A stretch of 20,000 nucleotides of DNA from an uncultured virus (IMG/VR IMGVR_UViG_3300047157_000170) (Duplodnaviria > Heunggongvirae > Uroviricota > Caudoviricetes): IMG/VR virus record IMGVR_UViG_3300047157_000170, one strand, 5' to 3'. Position 1 is the first letter of the stretch; the number at the start of each line of letters is the position of its first letter. The position numbers were made by a program, and so were the translations under genes. Below are positions 1 to 10,032 of the stretch, piece by piece. A model generated the notes under the pieces. That model did not search any database. It was not told the DNA's origin and worked only from the letters and a program-made list of their open reading frames with translations.

Positions 1-2
1 GA

Positions 3-110
3 AATATTCACACTGGTGATTTAAACCAAGCAATGAATGGAAAACCAACATTTAACGATGTCTTAGAGTTTAATGTCTTACCAGATGGAAATCTTGAATT
101 CCCTAAATAA
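3..110 (+). CDS. C-terminal end of an upstream gene (partial, unknown product)
   Basis: Frame 3 is open from the window edge (NIHTGDLNQAMNGKPTFNDVLEFNVLPDGNLEFPK) to TAA at 108-110. Confidence 0.55.
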   Translation, partial: NIHTGDLNQAMNGKPTFNDVLEFNVLPDGNLEFPK

Positions 111-149
111 CCTTATACAATCAACCTTTTTAGGCATCTTAGGAGAATC

Positions 150-401
150 ATGGAATTGGAATCAATACATTTACTTTGGAATTTAGTTCTAACTGGAATC
201 GTAGCCCCATTTGTGTGGTTCATAATGCAGTTACACAACGAGACAAAACGACTAGAAATATTACTGAATCGTACAAGAGAAGAAATGAATCGTGATTTTG
301 TTTCTAAAGAAGACTTAAAGAGAGACATGGAAAGAATGATGGACTCTTTAGACAACATCAATAAAAAAATAGACGATTTTTTACTTTCAAATCAAAAATA
401 A
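150..401 (+). CDS. Small membrane protein: N-terminal TM helix plus coiled coil
   Basis: 83 aa ORF with AGGAG RBS; hydrophobic LLWNLVLTGIVAPFVWFIM followed by a charged heptad-like region. Confidence 0.75.
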   Translation: MELESIHLLWNLVLTGIVAPFVWFIMQLHNETKRLEILLNRTREEMNRDFVSKEDLKRDMERMMDSLDNINKKIDDFLLSNQK

Positions 402-409
402 CATAAATA
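402..409 (+). promoter_or_regulatory. T4-type late promoter variant (CATAAATA) upstream of gp13
   Basis: One mismatch to TATAAATA, intergenic, upstream of a structural gene. Confidence 0.55.
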
Positions 410-445
410 GTATTAGAGAAAATAAATTTCTAATAGGATTATGTT

Positions 446-1261
446 ATGGCAGCTCCAAACAGCAAAGCAACACTTAAAGAATATGCATTAAGACAACTGG
501 GTAAACCAGTGTTAGATATCAATGTAGATGATGACCAGATTGATGATATCATCGATGATGCATTACAATATTTTGCAGAGTACCACTATGATGGTACTAT
601 TCGTACATTTTTAAAACATAAAATTAATGATAACGACCTTGCAAACCAAAAATCAAATGCAAGTATAGGTCAATCAACTACTGGTTCACATATATCAACT
701 AATATGACATATGAAGAAGGACAAGGATATGTTGTTCTTCCAGAATCAGTATTATCAGTATTAAGAATATTTCCATTTGTAGATAAGTCTGGACTTAATA
801 TGTTTGACTTAAGATATCAATTAAGACTAAACGACCTTTACGATATCTCTTCTACATCTATCATACAATATGAAATGGTACAAAACCATATTCAATTATT
901 GGACGAAATTCTAATCGGACAAGTTCCAATTAGATTTAATAAAGCACAAAACAGATTATACTTAGATATGGATTGGACAGCTGCAGTTACAGCTGGTGAA
1001 TATATTTTGATAGATTGTTATAGAAAAATAGACCCAACACAATTTACAGACATATACAACGATGTTTGGTTAAAAAAATATGTCACTGCATTAATTAAAA
1101 AACAATGGGGTCAGAACTTATCTAAGTTCGAAGGAATTCAATTGCCTGGCGGAGTTACTCTACAGGGTAGACAAATCCTAGAAGATGCAAACACAGAAAT
1201 TGAAAAGCTAGAAGAACAAAGTAATTTATTACAAACCGAATCTGCTCTAATGATGGGTTAA
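446..1261 (+). CDS. gp13: Neck protein gp13 (head-tail adaptor)
   Basis: LKEYALRQLGKPVLDINVDDDQIDDIIDDALQYF and WLKKYVTALIKKQWGQNLSKFEGIQLPGGVTLQG motifs; synteny. Confidence 0.95.
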   Translation: MAAPNSKATLKEYALRQLGKPVLDINVDDDQIDDIIDDALQYFAEYHYDGTIRTFLKHKINDNDLANQKSNASIGQSTTGSHISTNMTYEEGQGYVVLPESVLSVLRIFPFVDKSGLNMFDLRYQLRLNDLYDISSTSIIQYEMVQNHIQLLDEILIGQVPIRFNKAQNRLYLDMDWTAAVTAGEYILIDCYRKIDPTQFTDIYNDVWLKKYVTALIKKQWGQNLSKFEGIQLPGGVTLQGRQILEDANTEIEKLEEQSNLLQTESALMMG

Positions 1262-1265
1262 TATT

Positions 1266-2183
1266 ATGCCTACAAATGTATATTTTAATCATGCAGTTCA
1301 ATCAGAACAAAATTTGCATGAAGACTTGGTAGTAGAATCTCTTAGATTCTATGGACATGAGTGTTATTACTTACCACGAACAATCGTGGATGAGGATGAA
1401 CTCTTTGGTGAAGATACAGCATCTAAGTATGGTGATGCATATCAAGTAGAAATGTACATAGAAAATACCGAAGGATTTGATGGTGAGGGAGACCTACTAT
1501 CTAAATTTGGTGTAGAGGTAAGAGACCAAGCAACTTTTGTTCTATCAAGAAGAACATGGGATAGATTTGTATCATTAGATTCTAACCTTGCAGTAACAAC
1601 AAGACCCAACGAAGGTGATTTAATTTACTTTCCTCTGGGAAACCAAGTATTTGAAATAAGATTTGTAGAACATGAGAACCCATTCTACCAGTTGGGTAAA
1701 CTTAATGTATTCAAACTACAATGTGAAACCTTCGAATACTCACATGAAGAGATTGATGTCGGTATTGCAGAACTAGATAATATCGAAGACCAATTCTCAT
1801 ATCAAGTATCAATGACACTTGGTGCTGGTTCTGGAGACTTTGTAGTAGGTGAAACTGTAACACAAACAGTTGCAACTGGTAAAACTGTATCTGGTAATGT
1901 AGTAGATTACTCATCTCAAGGTGCAACTTCTAAAACACTTAAAGTTAATAATATTACATTTAGTGATACAGATGTACCAACTGGTAGTACTATGTTTGTA
2001 TTATCTGCACAAGCAGGTGCTGGTAATATTGTAGGTGCAACTTCTAATGCTACCAGAGCAATTACAACTGCACCAGACCAATATGCAATGCCTAATGACC
2101 CACTTGCAGATAATAAAGACTTTGAAACAGCAGGTTCTAATATCATAGACTTTAGTGAAAGCAACCCATTTGGAAACCTATAA
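1266..2183 (+). CDS. gp14: Neck protein gp14 (head closure)
   Basis: EQNLHEDLVVESLRFYG, DLLSKFGVEVRD, RPNEGDLIYFP, FVEHENPFYQLGK and C-terminal IIDFSESNPFG. Confidence 0.95.
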   Translation: MPTNVYFNHAVQSEQNLHEDLVVESLRFYGHECYYLPRTIVDEDELFGEDTASKYGDAYQVEMYIENTEGFDGEGDLLSKFGVEVRDQATFVLSRRTWDRFVSLDSNLAVTTRPNEGDLIYFPLGNQVFEIRFVEHENPFYQLGKLNVFKLQCETFEYSHEEIDVGIAELDNIEDQFSYQVSMTLGAGSGDFVVGETVTQTVATGKTVSGNVVDYSSQGATSKTLKVNNITFSDTDVPTGSTMFVLSAQAGAGNIVGATSNATRAITTAPDQYAMPNDPLADNKDFETAGSNIIDFSESNPFGNL

Positions 2184-2186
2184 ATA
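2179..2186 (+). promoter_or_regulatory. T4 late promoter TATAAATA
   Basis: Exact consensus overlapping the gp14 stop, 5 nt before the ATG at 2192. Confidence 0.75.
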
Positions 2187-2191
2187 TAATT

Positions 2192-2440
2192 ATGGCAATA
2201 TGGTATTTGAATATGTTACAAGAAGATGAAAAAAGAATGAAAGATTTTGACCAAAAGTATCACGATTATTGGCAAAGTAATCGAAGAGCAGAAGTATATA
2301 AAAGTGTTCAAGGACATTGGGGTGTTCGATTCTTCGAAGACAAGATGTGGGTAACAGATGAAATATATAAAGGACATAGTGAAGTATATGCAGAATCAGC
2401 TGCAGAGAATTATGTATTAGGAATCAAAAATGTTAGGTAA
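2192..2440 (+). CDS. Hypothetical protein between gp14 and gp15
   Basis: 82 aa ORF fills the gap, has its own late promoter and overlaps the gp15 start. Confidence 0.75.
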   Translation: MAIWYLNMLQEDEKRMKDFDQKYHDYWQSNRRAEVYKSVQGHWGVRFFEDKMWVTDEIYKGHSEVYAESAAENYVLGIKNVR

Positions 2441-3254
2441 AGCACATTTCTATCATGAAGCAATCAAAAGAGCAGTATCAGTATTTGGTACTATGTTCAA
2501 TGAGATTGATATTCAAAGAGATGTTGATGGGTCAGCAACTCAGAATGTAAGAGTTCCTTTATCTTATGGCCCTAAACAAAAGTTTATTGCAAGATTAGAT
2601 TCTGCCGCAGACCTTATGGACAATACAAAGTCAAGGGTTGCAATGACTTTACCAAGAATTGCATTTGATATTACAGGATTAACATACGATGCAGAAAGAA
2701 AACTTGGTAAATTAAAACAGTACAAACTGCATGATAGTAGTGATAATTCAGTTTTAAGAACACAGTTTGCACCAGTTCCTTATAATATAAACTTTGGTTT
2801 ATATGTTCTATCAAAGAATACCGAAGATGCATTACAGATTGTAGAACAAATTCTACCATTCTTTACACCAGACTTTACAGTTACAATGACTACAGTGCCA
2901 GGCACTAATGAGAAAAGGGATGTACCTATTATATTATCAGATGTATCTTATACAGACGAATACGAAGGAGACTTCCAATCTCGTAGAGTTATTACATGGA
3001 ATCTAAATTTTGAAATGAAAACATACCTATATGGTTCTATATCATCTTCTGAAATTATTAGAGATGTTCGTGCAAGAACCTATATATCAGACGATGGTCA
3101 AGTAGACTCGACTGCTGGGAGACAAAGTGAGATTAAACAAGTACCTAATCCAACTGGTGCAAGTCCAGAAACAAGTCCACTAAATATAACTGAAACAATA
3201 AACTTTTTTGATGGGAATGACTCAGACTATAATACTGATAAAACCAATATTTAA
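2430..3254 (+). CDS. gp15: Tail sheath stabiliser/terminator gp15
   Basis: HFYHEAIKRAVSVFGTMFNEI, VPLSYGPKQKFIARL, TLPRIAF, PVPYNINF and QIVEQILPFFTP motifs. Confidence 0.95.
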   Translation: MLGKAHFYHEAIKRAVSVFGTMFNEIDIQRDVDGSATQNVRVPLSYGPKQKFIARLDSAADLMDNTKSRVAMTLPRIAFDITGLTYDAERKLGKLKQYKLHDSSDNSVLRTQFAPVPYNINFGLYVLSKNTEDALQIVEQILPFFTPDFTVTMTTVPGTNEKRDVPIILSDVSYTDEYEGDFQSRRVITWNLNFEMKTYLYGSISSSEIIRDVRARTYISDDGQVDSTAGRQSEIKQVPNPTGASPETSPLNITETINFFDGNDSDYNTDKTNI

Positions 3255-3256
3255 TT

Positions 3257-3697
3257 ATGAAAAAATCTATAGATGAAAAACTAGATGAACTTCTAGACAT
3301 CAACAACGAAGCAGAAGAAGTCGTTAAAGAAACCAATAAACAACTCATTCCTAGGGACTCTGGTGGTCGTTTTGCAGAAAGGAAGGGTGAACAACAGGTT
3401 GACTATAAATACACCAGAAACACGCTGTATGGACTTGTAGAGAGGGGTCAAGATGCTATTGAAGGAATCCTAGACCTTGCAAAAGAAAGTGAACATCCGC
3501 GAACCTATGAGGTCGCAGGACAATTAATTAAAACAGTATCCGAAACATCTGAAAAGTTATTACAAATACAAAAGATGATGGACGATTTAGAAGATGATAA
3601 ACCCAAACACCAAACAACAAATCAAAACTTGTTTGTAGGGTCTACTGCTGAATTGCAGAAACTATTGAAGAAACAGAATGCCGAAACCGAAGAATGA
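3257..3697 (+). CDS. gp16: Terminase small subunit gp16
   Basis: DYKYTRNTLYGLVERGQDAI, EHPRTYEVAGQLIK and NLFVGSTAELQKLLK motifs. Confidence 0.95.
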   Translation: MKKSIDEKLDELLDINNEAEEVVKETNKQLIPRDSGGRFAERKGEQQVDYKYTRNTLYGLVERGQDAIEGILDLAKESEHPRTYEVAGQLIKTVSETSEKLLQIQKMMDDLEDDKPKHQTTNQNLFVGSTAELQKLLKKQNAETEE

Positions 3698-5279
3698 AGG
3701 ATATCTAGGTAATTCCCAAGTAAAAAGAAGTGGGGTTGCCGAAGAATGGGATGACCAAAAGGTTCAAGAGTATTTAAGATGTACTCGTGACCCAGCTTAT
3801 TTCATATCAAAATACATAAAAATCATATCACTAGATGAGGGGTTAGTACCATTCAAACTCTATGAATATCAAGAAAATCTTATTAATCACTTTAATGATA
3901 ACAGGTTTAACATTGTCCTTGCCTGTAGACAATCTGGAAAGTCAATCACAGTATGTGCCTACCTTCTTTGGTATCTCTTGTTCCACCCAGAACAAACAGT
4001 GGCCATACTTGCAAACAAAGGTGCTACAGCAAGAGAGATGTTATCTCGTATAACAACCATGTTGGAAAATGTACCATTCTTTTTACAGCCAGGCACTAAA
4101 GCACTAAACAAAGGAAGTATTGATTTTGAAAACAATTCTAGAATCCTTGCATCAGCAACTACTACATCATCGATTCGTGGTTTATCTGTTAACCTTCTTT
4201 ATCTTGATGAGTTTGCCTTTGTAGAAAATGCAGAACCATTTTATACTGGTACATATCCAGTAATTACATCTGGTAAAAACTCGAAGGTTATTATTACATC
4301 TACTGCAAATGGAGTGGGTAATATGTTCCATCGTATCTGGGAATCCTCAGTTACAGGGTCAAATGAGTTTGCAAACTACCAAGTTAACTGGAATGATGTG
4401 CCAGGCAGAGATGAAAGGTGGAAGGAAACTACCATTGCAAATACATCTGAGTTACAGTTTGAACAAGAATTTGGTAATTCGTTCTTAGGAACAGGGAGAA
4501 CATTAATACCATCTAATGTAATTTTAGGACTAATGTCTGAAAATCCTCAAGAATTATATGGTCAATGTAGGGTTTATAAAAAACCTAAACCCCATCATGA
4601 GTATATAATGACTGTTGATGTTGCAGAAGGTAAAGGATTAGACTACTCAACATTTACTATATTTGATATACATGATGGTAATATGTTTGAACAAGTATGT
4701 ACATTTAGAGATAATATGATATCTCCTATGTTATTACCAGATATATGTGCAAAATATGGTAAGTTATATAACGATGCACTTATTATCGTAGAGAATAATA
4801 ATCAAGGTACAATGGTATGTAGAGAGTTATATTACGAACTAGAATATGAAAATATGTTCATGACTAGTTCTGTAAAAGCAGATGGAATAGGAGTTAGAAT
4901 GACCAAGAAGGTCAAAGCACAGGGATGTGCAGCTCTTAGAGAGATAATGGAAGAGAATAAACTCTATATAAGAGACTCAGACACTATCCAAGAGTTTGCA
5001 ACCTTTGTATCAAAAGGACAATCTTGGCAAGCAGATGGTGGTTGTCATGACGATATGGTGATGAATTGTGTTATGTTTGCATGGTTTGTTAGTACACCAT
5101 TGTTTAAAGATATGTCAAGTGCAGACTTAAAATCTATGTTATATGCAGAAAAACAAAAAGAAATTGAAGACGATATAGTCCCAATAGGTATTATAGGTAC
5201 TGGTCATGATAAGTTATTCAAAGAAGGTGGAGATGTTTGGACAGTTGTGGATAATGATGACACTTATGGGACTTTTTAA
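3678..5279 (+). CDS. gp17: Terminase large subunit gp17
   Basis: Walker A CRQSGKS, Walker B LYLDEFAFV, ITSTANG coupling motif; nuclease motifs DVAEGKGLDYS and HDDMVM. Confidence 0.97.
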   Translation: MPKPKNEGYLGNSQVKRSGVAEEWDDQKVQEYLRCTRDPAYFISKYIKIISLDEGLVPFKLYEYQENLINHFNDNRFNIVLACRQSGKSITVCAYLLWYLLFHPEQTVAILANKGATAREMLSRITTMLENVPFFLQPGTKALNKGSIDFENNSRILASATTTSSIRGLSVNLLYLDEFAFVENAEPFYTGTYPVITSGKNSKVIITSTANGVGNMFHRIWESSVTGSNEFANYQVNWNDVPGRDERWKETTIANTSELQFEQEFGNSFLGTGRTLIPSNVILGLMSENPQELYGQCRVYKKPKPHHEYIMTVDVAEGKGLDYSTFTIFDIHDGNMFEQVCTFRDNMISPMLLPDICAKYGKLYNDALIIVENNNQGTMVCRELYYELEYENMFMTSSVKADGIGVRMTKKVKAQGCAALREIMEENKLYIRDSDTIQEFATFVSKGQSWQADGGCHDDMVMNCVMFAWFVSTPLFKDMSSADLKSMLYAEKQKEIEDDIVPIGIIGTGHDKLFKEGGDVWTVVDNDDTYGTF

Positions 5280-5291
5280 AATCAAAGAAAT

Positions 5292-5299
5292 ACTAAATA
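5292..5299 (+). promoter_or_regulatory. Late promoter variant (ACTAAATA) upstream of gp18
   Basis: TAAATA core in the intergenic region before the sheath gene. Confidence 0.55.
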
Positions 5300-5368
5300 C
5301 TATGGACGAACAACAATTAATGTGGTTCTGTCAGAATAGAAATAAACTTTTTATGGGAGAAAACTAAA

Positions 5369-7400
5369 ATGGCATTTCAAGTATCACCTGGCGTACAAGT
5401 CAGAGAAATCGATGTTACAAATGTAGTTCCAGCTATTTCATCAAGTATTGGTGCATTCGCTGGTGAATTTAGTTGGGGCCCAGTTGATGAAGTTAGAACT
5501 ATATCATCCGAGAAGGAATTGGTAGGAGTGTTTGGAGAACCTAAAGACGCAGGTAGCGATGGTTACAATACTGTACTTGGGAAGAAAGAACACTTTTATT
5601 CAGCTGCAAACTTTTTAAAATATGGAAATAATTTAAAAATAGTTCGTGGGCATAATGGTATTGCCGCAGGTCAAACTGGGCAAATGCTTAATGCAACAAC
5701 AGGTTCAGCTGGAATACTAATTAAAAACCCTACACATTACTATGAGTCAAACTACCATTCTGGTAGTGCAGCTGGTAGTGCTGGATTATTTTCAGCAAGA
5801 TGTGTTGGTTCTCTTGGTAATAGTTTAAAAATATCTATGTGTACAAGTGCTAATGCATTTCAACAAGCTTCTGTTACTACTGTTTCCGATAGTAGTATTT
5901 CAGTAGGTCATACACAAATTACTGTCGCAGATGGTACTAAATTTGTAGTTGGTGACTTAATTGCTTTTGCTAATTCAGCAGATGTATACAAAATATCAGC
6001 AATATCATCAAATGATATAACATTCCACTTAATCTCAGATAGTTCTCAAGGACTACAAGTTGTACCAACTAATGGTTCAAACATTTCTAGAGGGTGGGAA
6101 TTTGCAAGTAACTTTACTAAAGCTCCTGGCTCTAGTCCAGATGCAATTGCAAATAGTTCATCTTTAGATGAAGTACATGTCATTGTTATTGATGAAGATG
6201 GTAAGATTACAGGTATACCTGGCGAAATCTTAGAAGTATTTGAAGGTCTTTCACAAGCATCAGATGCTAAAGATGCAGAAGGTAACTCTAATTACTATGT
6301 TGATAAAATAAGATATAACTCTAATTACATTTTCTGGACAAACCACGATTCAACTACATCAGAAGCAGGAAACACATTTGCAGTTGCTGGAGCAGCTTTT
6401 GTACAACATACCTTACCTTTAGGTGGGTCTTTGTCACATGGAGTAGATGGATATCCTTTATCTTCTGGAGCAAAAAACACAGCAAACACCACATTTTTTG
6501 GTGATGCTGAAACTCAAGATGTTGACTTTATAATTGCAGGGCCCACTAGATGGGTATGCATCTGGTAGTGTAGTATCTACACTTGCAGAAGCAACAACTC
6601 AAGCAAATAATTTAATCGCATTATGTGAAGCACGAAAAGATTGCATGGCAGTCATTTCACCTCGTAAAGCTGATTGTGTAAACAACAGTGGAAGTGAGTC
6701 AACAAGTGTTATTGCATTTGCAGAAACATTAACTTCAAGTTCATATGCAGTAATGGATAGTGCATGGTGTTATCAGTACGATAAGTACACTGATAATTAC
6801 TGTTACATACCTTCTTGTTCACATACAGCAGGTGTAATGGCAAGAACTGATTCCGATAGGGATGCATGGTTCTCACCAGCAGGATTTAGTAGAGGACAAA
6901 TTTTAGGTATTACTAAATTATCCTTTAATCCTAATCAATCAGAAAGAGATGCACTATATAAGAAGAGAGTAAATCCATTAGTAACATTCCCTGGCCAAGG
7001 GACTGTATTGTTTGGAGATAAAACTTTACTTTCGAGTGCAAGTGCATTTGATAGAATTAATGTTAGAAGATTATTCATTGTCATGGAGAAAGCAATCGCA
7101 ACTGCAGCTAAATTCCAATTATTCGAATTTAACGATGCATTTACAAGAGCTCAATTTAGAGCAACGATTGAACCTTTCCTAAGACAAGTAAAAGGAAGAC
7201 GAGGAATAGTAGATTTCCAAGTTGTTTGTGATGACACAAATAACTCACAAGCAATTGTGGATGCAAATCAATTCCAAGCGTCTATTTTCGTTAAACCTAA
7301 TAGAAGTATCAACTTCATCACACTAAACTTCGTTGCAGCTAGGTCTGGTGTAGAATTCGAAGAAGTATATGGTGCAACTAATACCCAGTATGGAAACTAA
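5369..7400 (+). CDS. gp18: Tail sheath protein gp18 (1 nt insertion at ~6539-6541 splits the ORF; probable sequencing error)
   Basis: MAFQVSPGVQVREID start; C-terminal AWFSPAGFSRG, FDRINVRRLF and KPNRSINFITLNFVA. Removing one G from GCAGGGCCCA joins ORFs 5369-6568 and 6534-7400 (DFIIAGPLDG). Confidence 0.93.
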
Positions 7401-7410
7401 GGAGTAAGAC

Positions 7411-7908
7411 ATGGCAACTATAGATGAATTTAAGTCGCAGTTGATAGCTGGTGGAGTTCGTTCCAACAGATTTAAAGTCTTTGTACCTAGAATGGGTGAG
7501 AACATAGAATTTATGTGCAAAACTGCCGCAATTCCTGGCTCAACCCTTCCAGTAGTCGAAGTACCTTTTAGAGGTCATAGACTTAAAATTGCTGGGGATA
7601 GGACTTTCGAAGATTGGACAATTACAGTAATCAACGATGTAAACTTTACTGCTAGAACAGCAGTAGAACAATGGATGGAAAGCATACAAGAATTAGATAG
7701 TGGTGTTGGTGCAACTGACCTAGAATATCTAGTTTCAAGAGCAACTATATCTCAATTAAATAGGGATGACAGTATTATTGCAACATATGAGTTGTATAAT
7801 ATGTACCCTCAAACAGTAGCACAAATTGATTTATCATATGATACTGCTGATGAGATACAGACTTTTGATGTAACATTCAGTTATTCTCACTGGGAAAGAA
7901 CTCTTTAA
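7411..7908 (+). CDS. gp19: Tail tube protein gp19
   Basis: GGVRSNRFKV, VPFRGHRLKIAGDRTFEDWTITVIND and YPQTVAQIDLSYD motifs; AGGAG RBS. Confidence 0.96.
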   Translation: MATIDEFKSQLIAGGVRSNRFKVFVPRMGENIEFMCKTAAIPGSTLPVVEVPFRGHRLKIAGDRTFEDWTITVINDVNFTARTAVEQWMESIQELDSGVGATDLEYLVSRATISQLNRDDSIIATYELYNMYPQTVAQIDLSYDTADEIQTFDVTFSYSHWERTL

Positions 7909-7924
7909 TTAGAGTTCCTTCTTT
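7898..7924 (+). terminator. Possible intrinsic terminator/stem-loop after gp19
   Basis: GAACTCT-ttaatt-AGAGTTC 7 bp hairpin followed by CTTCTTT (weak U tract). Confidence 0.4.
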
Positions 7925-7929
7925 AGTGT

Positions 7930-7937
7930 TATAAATA
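7930..7937 (+). promoter_or_regulatory. T4 late promoter TATAAATA upstream of the portal gene
   Basis: Exact consensus, 6 nt before the ATG at 7944. Confidence 0.8.
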
Positions 7938-7943
7938 TATATT

Positions 7944-9470
7944 ATGGAAATATTTGGATTTGAAATAAAGAGGAAAGACGCAGAGGAACTAGCACCATCC
8001 TTTGTTGCTCCTATTAATGACGATGGAGCTCAAGTTTTAGAAGTTGGGCAAGGTGGTTATGCAATAGGTGGCGGAATGGCCCAAGGGACATTCGTAGACA
8101 TGGAAGGTGGAATTAAGTCTGAACAAGACTTGATTCTAAGATACCGAACAATGTCATTGATACCAGAGGTTGATATGGCAATTGACGATATCGTTCAAGA
8201 AGCAATTTCTTCTAATGATTTAGATGCACAGGTTGGTATCAATCTAGATGCAACTAAACTTTCAGATTCAATTAAATCCAAGGTTAGGGATGAATTCTCA
8301 GAGGTCTTACGACTTTTGAGATTCAACCAGACCTCTTCTGAAATATTCAGAAAGTGGTATGTAGATGGAAGGATGTACTTCCACTTACTAGTCGACCCAA
8401 AGAGTCCTAAAAAAGGTATCGTTGGGTTAAGAATGATTGACCCTCTTCAAATGAAAAAGGTCAGAGAAGTTAGTAAGAAAAAAGATAAGAATGGTGTAGA
8501 AATTGTAGACAAAGTAAAAGAGTTCTACACTTATAATCAAAGTGGTTTTGAGAAAAACCAGTCCTATGGTGGACAGGGTGGTCAGACCCTTATGATATCA
8601 CCAGATGCAGTTGTTTACACTACCTCTGGAATGATGGATGCAAACAGACGAAACATCATCGGTTATATGCACAAAGGATTGAAAGCAGCTAACCAATTAA
8701 GAATGATGGAAGATGCACTTGTTATTTACAGAATATCAAGAGCTCCAGAAAGAAGAATATTCTACATTGATGTAGGTAATCTTCCGAAGGCAAAAGCAGA
8801 ACAGTATCTTGCAGATACTATGACTAGATATAAGAATAAACTAGTCTACAATGCAGATACAGGTGAAGTCAGAGATGATAGAAAACATATGAGTATGTTG
8901 GAAGATTTCTGGTTACCAAGAAGAGAAGGTGGAAGAGGAACAGAGATTACCACCTTGCCTGGCGGTCAGAACCTAGGTGAAATAGAAGATATTATATACT
9001 TCCAAAGAAAACTGTTCCGAAGTTTAAATGTACCTATCTCTAGGTTAGAAACTGAAAGTGGTTTCTCTTTAGGTAGGACAACTGAGATATCAAGAGATGA
9101 GGTTAAGTTCTCAAGATTTGTAGATAGACTCAGAATGAAGTTTAGTAGTATGTTTATGGATATATTACGAACTCAGTTGGCACTGAAAGGAATTATGCCA
9201 ATTGAAGAATGGGAACTTGAGAAAGAGAACATTAGGTTCGATTATCAAAAAGATTCTCATTTTGTAGAAATGAAGGATGCTGAAATCTTAAGAGAAAGGG
9301 TAACTTCATTAAGGGAGTTGGATGAGTTTGTTGGTAAATACTATTCTCAACAATGGATTAGAAAGAATGTTCTTAGACAATCCGAAGAAGAAATAGAAAT
9401 GATTGATGGACAAATCGAAGACGAAAAAAATAACGAAGATGGGGAAGGAGAGGACTCCTTTGACATGTAA
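7944..9470 (+). CDS. gp20: Portal protein gp20
   Basis: MEIFGFEIKR start; NQLRMMEDALVIYRISRAPERRIFYIDVGNLPK and EDFWLPRREGGRGTEITTLPGGQNLG. Confidence 0.98.
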   Translation: MEIFGFEIKRKDAEELAPSFVAPINDDGAQVLEVGQGGYAIGGGMAQGTFVDMEGGIKSEQDLILRYRTMSLIPEVDMAIDDIVQEAISSNDLDAQVGINLDATKLSDSIKSKVRDEFSEVLRLLRFNQTSSEIFRKWYVDGRMYFHLLVDPKSPKKGIVGLRMIDPLQMKKVREVSKKKDKNGVEIVDKVKEFYTYNQSGFEKNQSYGGQGGQTLMISPDAVVYTTSGMMDANRRNIIGYMHKGLKAANQLRMMEDALVIYRISRAPERRIFYIDVGNLPKAKAEQYLADTMTRYKNKLVYNADTGEVRDDRKHMSMLEDFWLPRREGGRGTEITTLPGGQNLGEIEDIIYFQRKLFRSLNVPISRLETESGFSLGRTTEISRDEVKFSRFVDRLRMKFSSMFMDILRTQLALKGIMPIEEWELEKENIRFDYQKDSHFVEMKDAEILRERVTSLRELDEFVGKYYSQQWIRKNVLRQSEEEIEMIDGQIEDEKNNEDGEGEDSFDM

Positions 9471-9483
9471 GAGGTAAAATATT

Positions 9484-9666
9484 ATGGCAAGAGAAGATGT
9501 TAAAAAAGTAATAGATTCAATTGAAGCAGGTGATAATGTTAGTGCATCTAACGCTTTTAGTTCAGCTATGGTTGATAAACAAAAAGAAGCAATCGATACT
9601 AAAAGATTGGATGTTCAACTGGATTGGTTAAACAAACAGGAACAACCAGCAAATGAAGAAGTTTAA
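9484..9666 (+). CDS. Small prohead core protein, gp67-like
   Basis: 60 aa acidic ORF right after the portal gene, GAGG RBS; assigned by position. Confidence 0.6.
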   Translation: MAREDVKKVIDSIEAGDNVSASNAFSSAMVDKQKEAIDTKRLDVQLDWLNKQEQPANEEV

Positions 9667-10024
9667 AGAATTAGTTCAATCATTAGATGAAGTGAAAAAA
9701 TTCAAATTACCTCGTGGTGAACAAGAGGTAGATTCCTACATGGAAAAAGGTGCAAAAGGAAAGAAAGTACCTATTGTTATTGCAAAAAAATCTAATAAAT
9801 ATAAAGTTTATGTAGATGGGCAAGAACTTGCAGTTTACAATAATGAAAAGTTAGCAAGGAAGAATGCAAGAGAGTTAATAAAATTATTAGGAGAAGACCT
9901 TAGTGATTTTATAGAAGAAGTTTTAGATGAACCGAAGATAGAAGATACTCTTGGGTTCTCAAATGGTTTGAAAGGTAATCAAACCTACAACGATGTTGCA
10001 GAAAAGATTGCAACTATAAAATAG
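9653..10024 (+). CDS. Hypothetical head-module protein (gp68-like position)
   Basis: 123 aa ORF between gp67-like and gp21; MKKFKEL N-terminus is typical of T4-like head-associated proteins. Confidence 0.55.
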   Translation: MKKFKELVQSLDEVKKFKLPRGEQEVDSYMEKGAKGKKVPIVIAKKSNKYKVYVDGQELAVYNNEKLARKNARELIKLLGEDLSDFIEEVLDEPKIEDTLGFSNGLKGNQTYNDVAEKIATIK

Positions 10025-10032
10025 GAGAAGAC

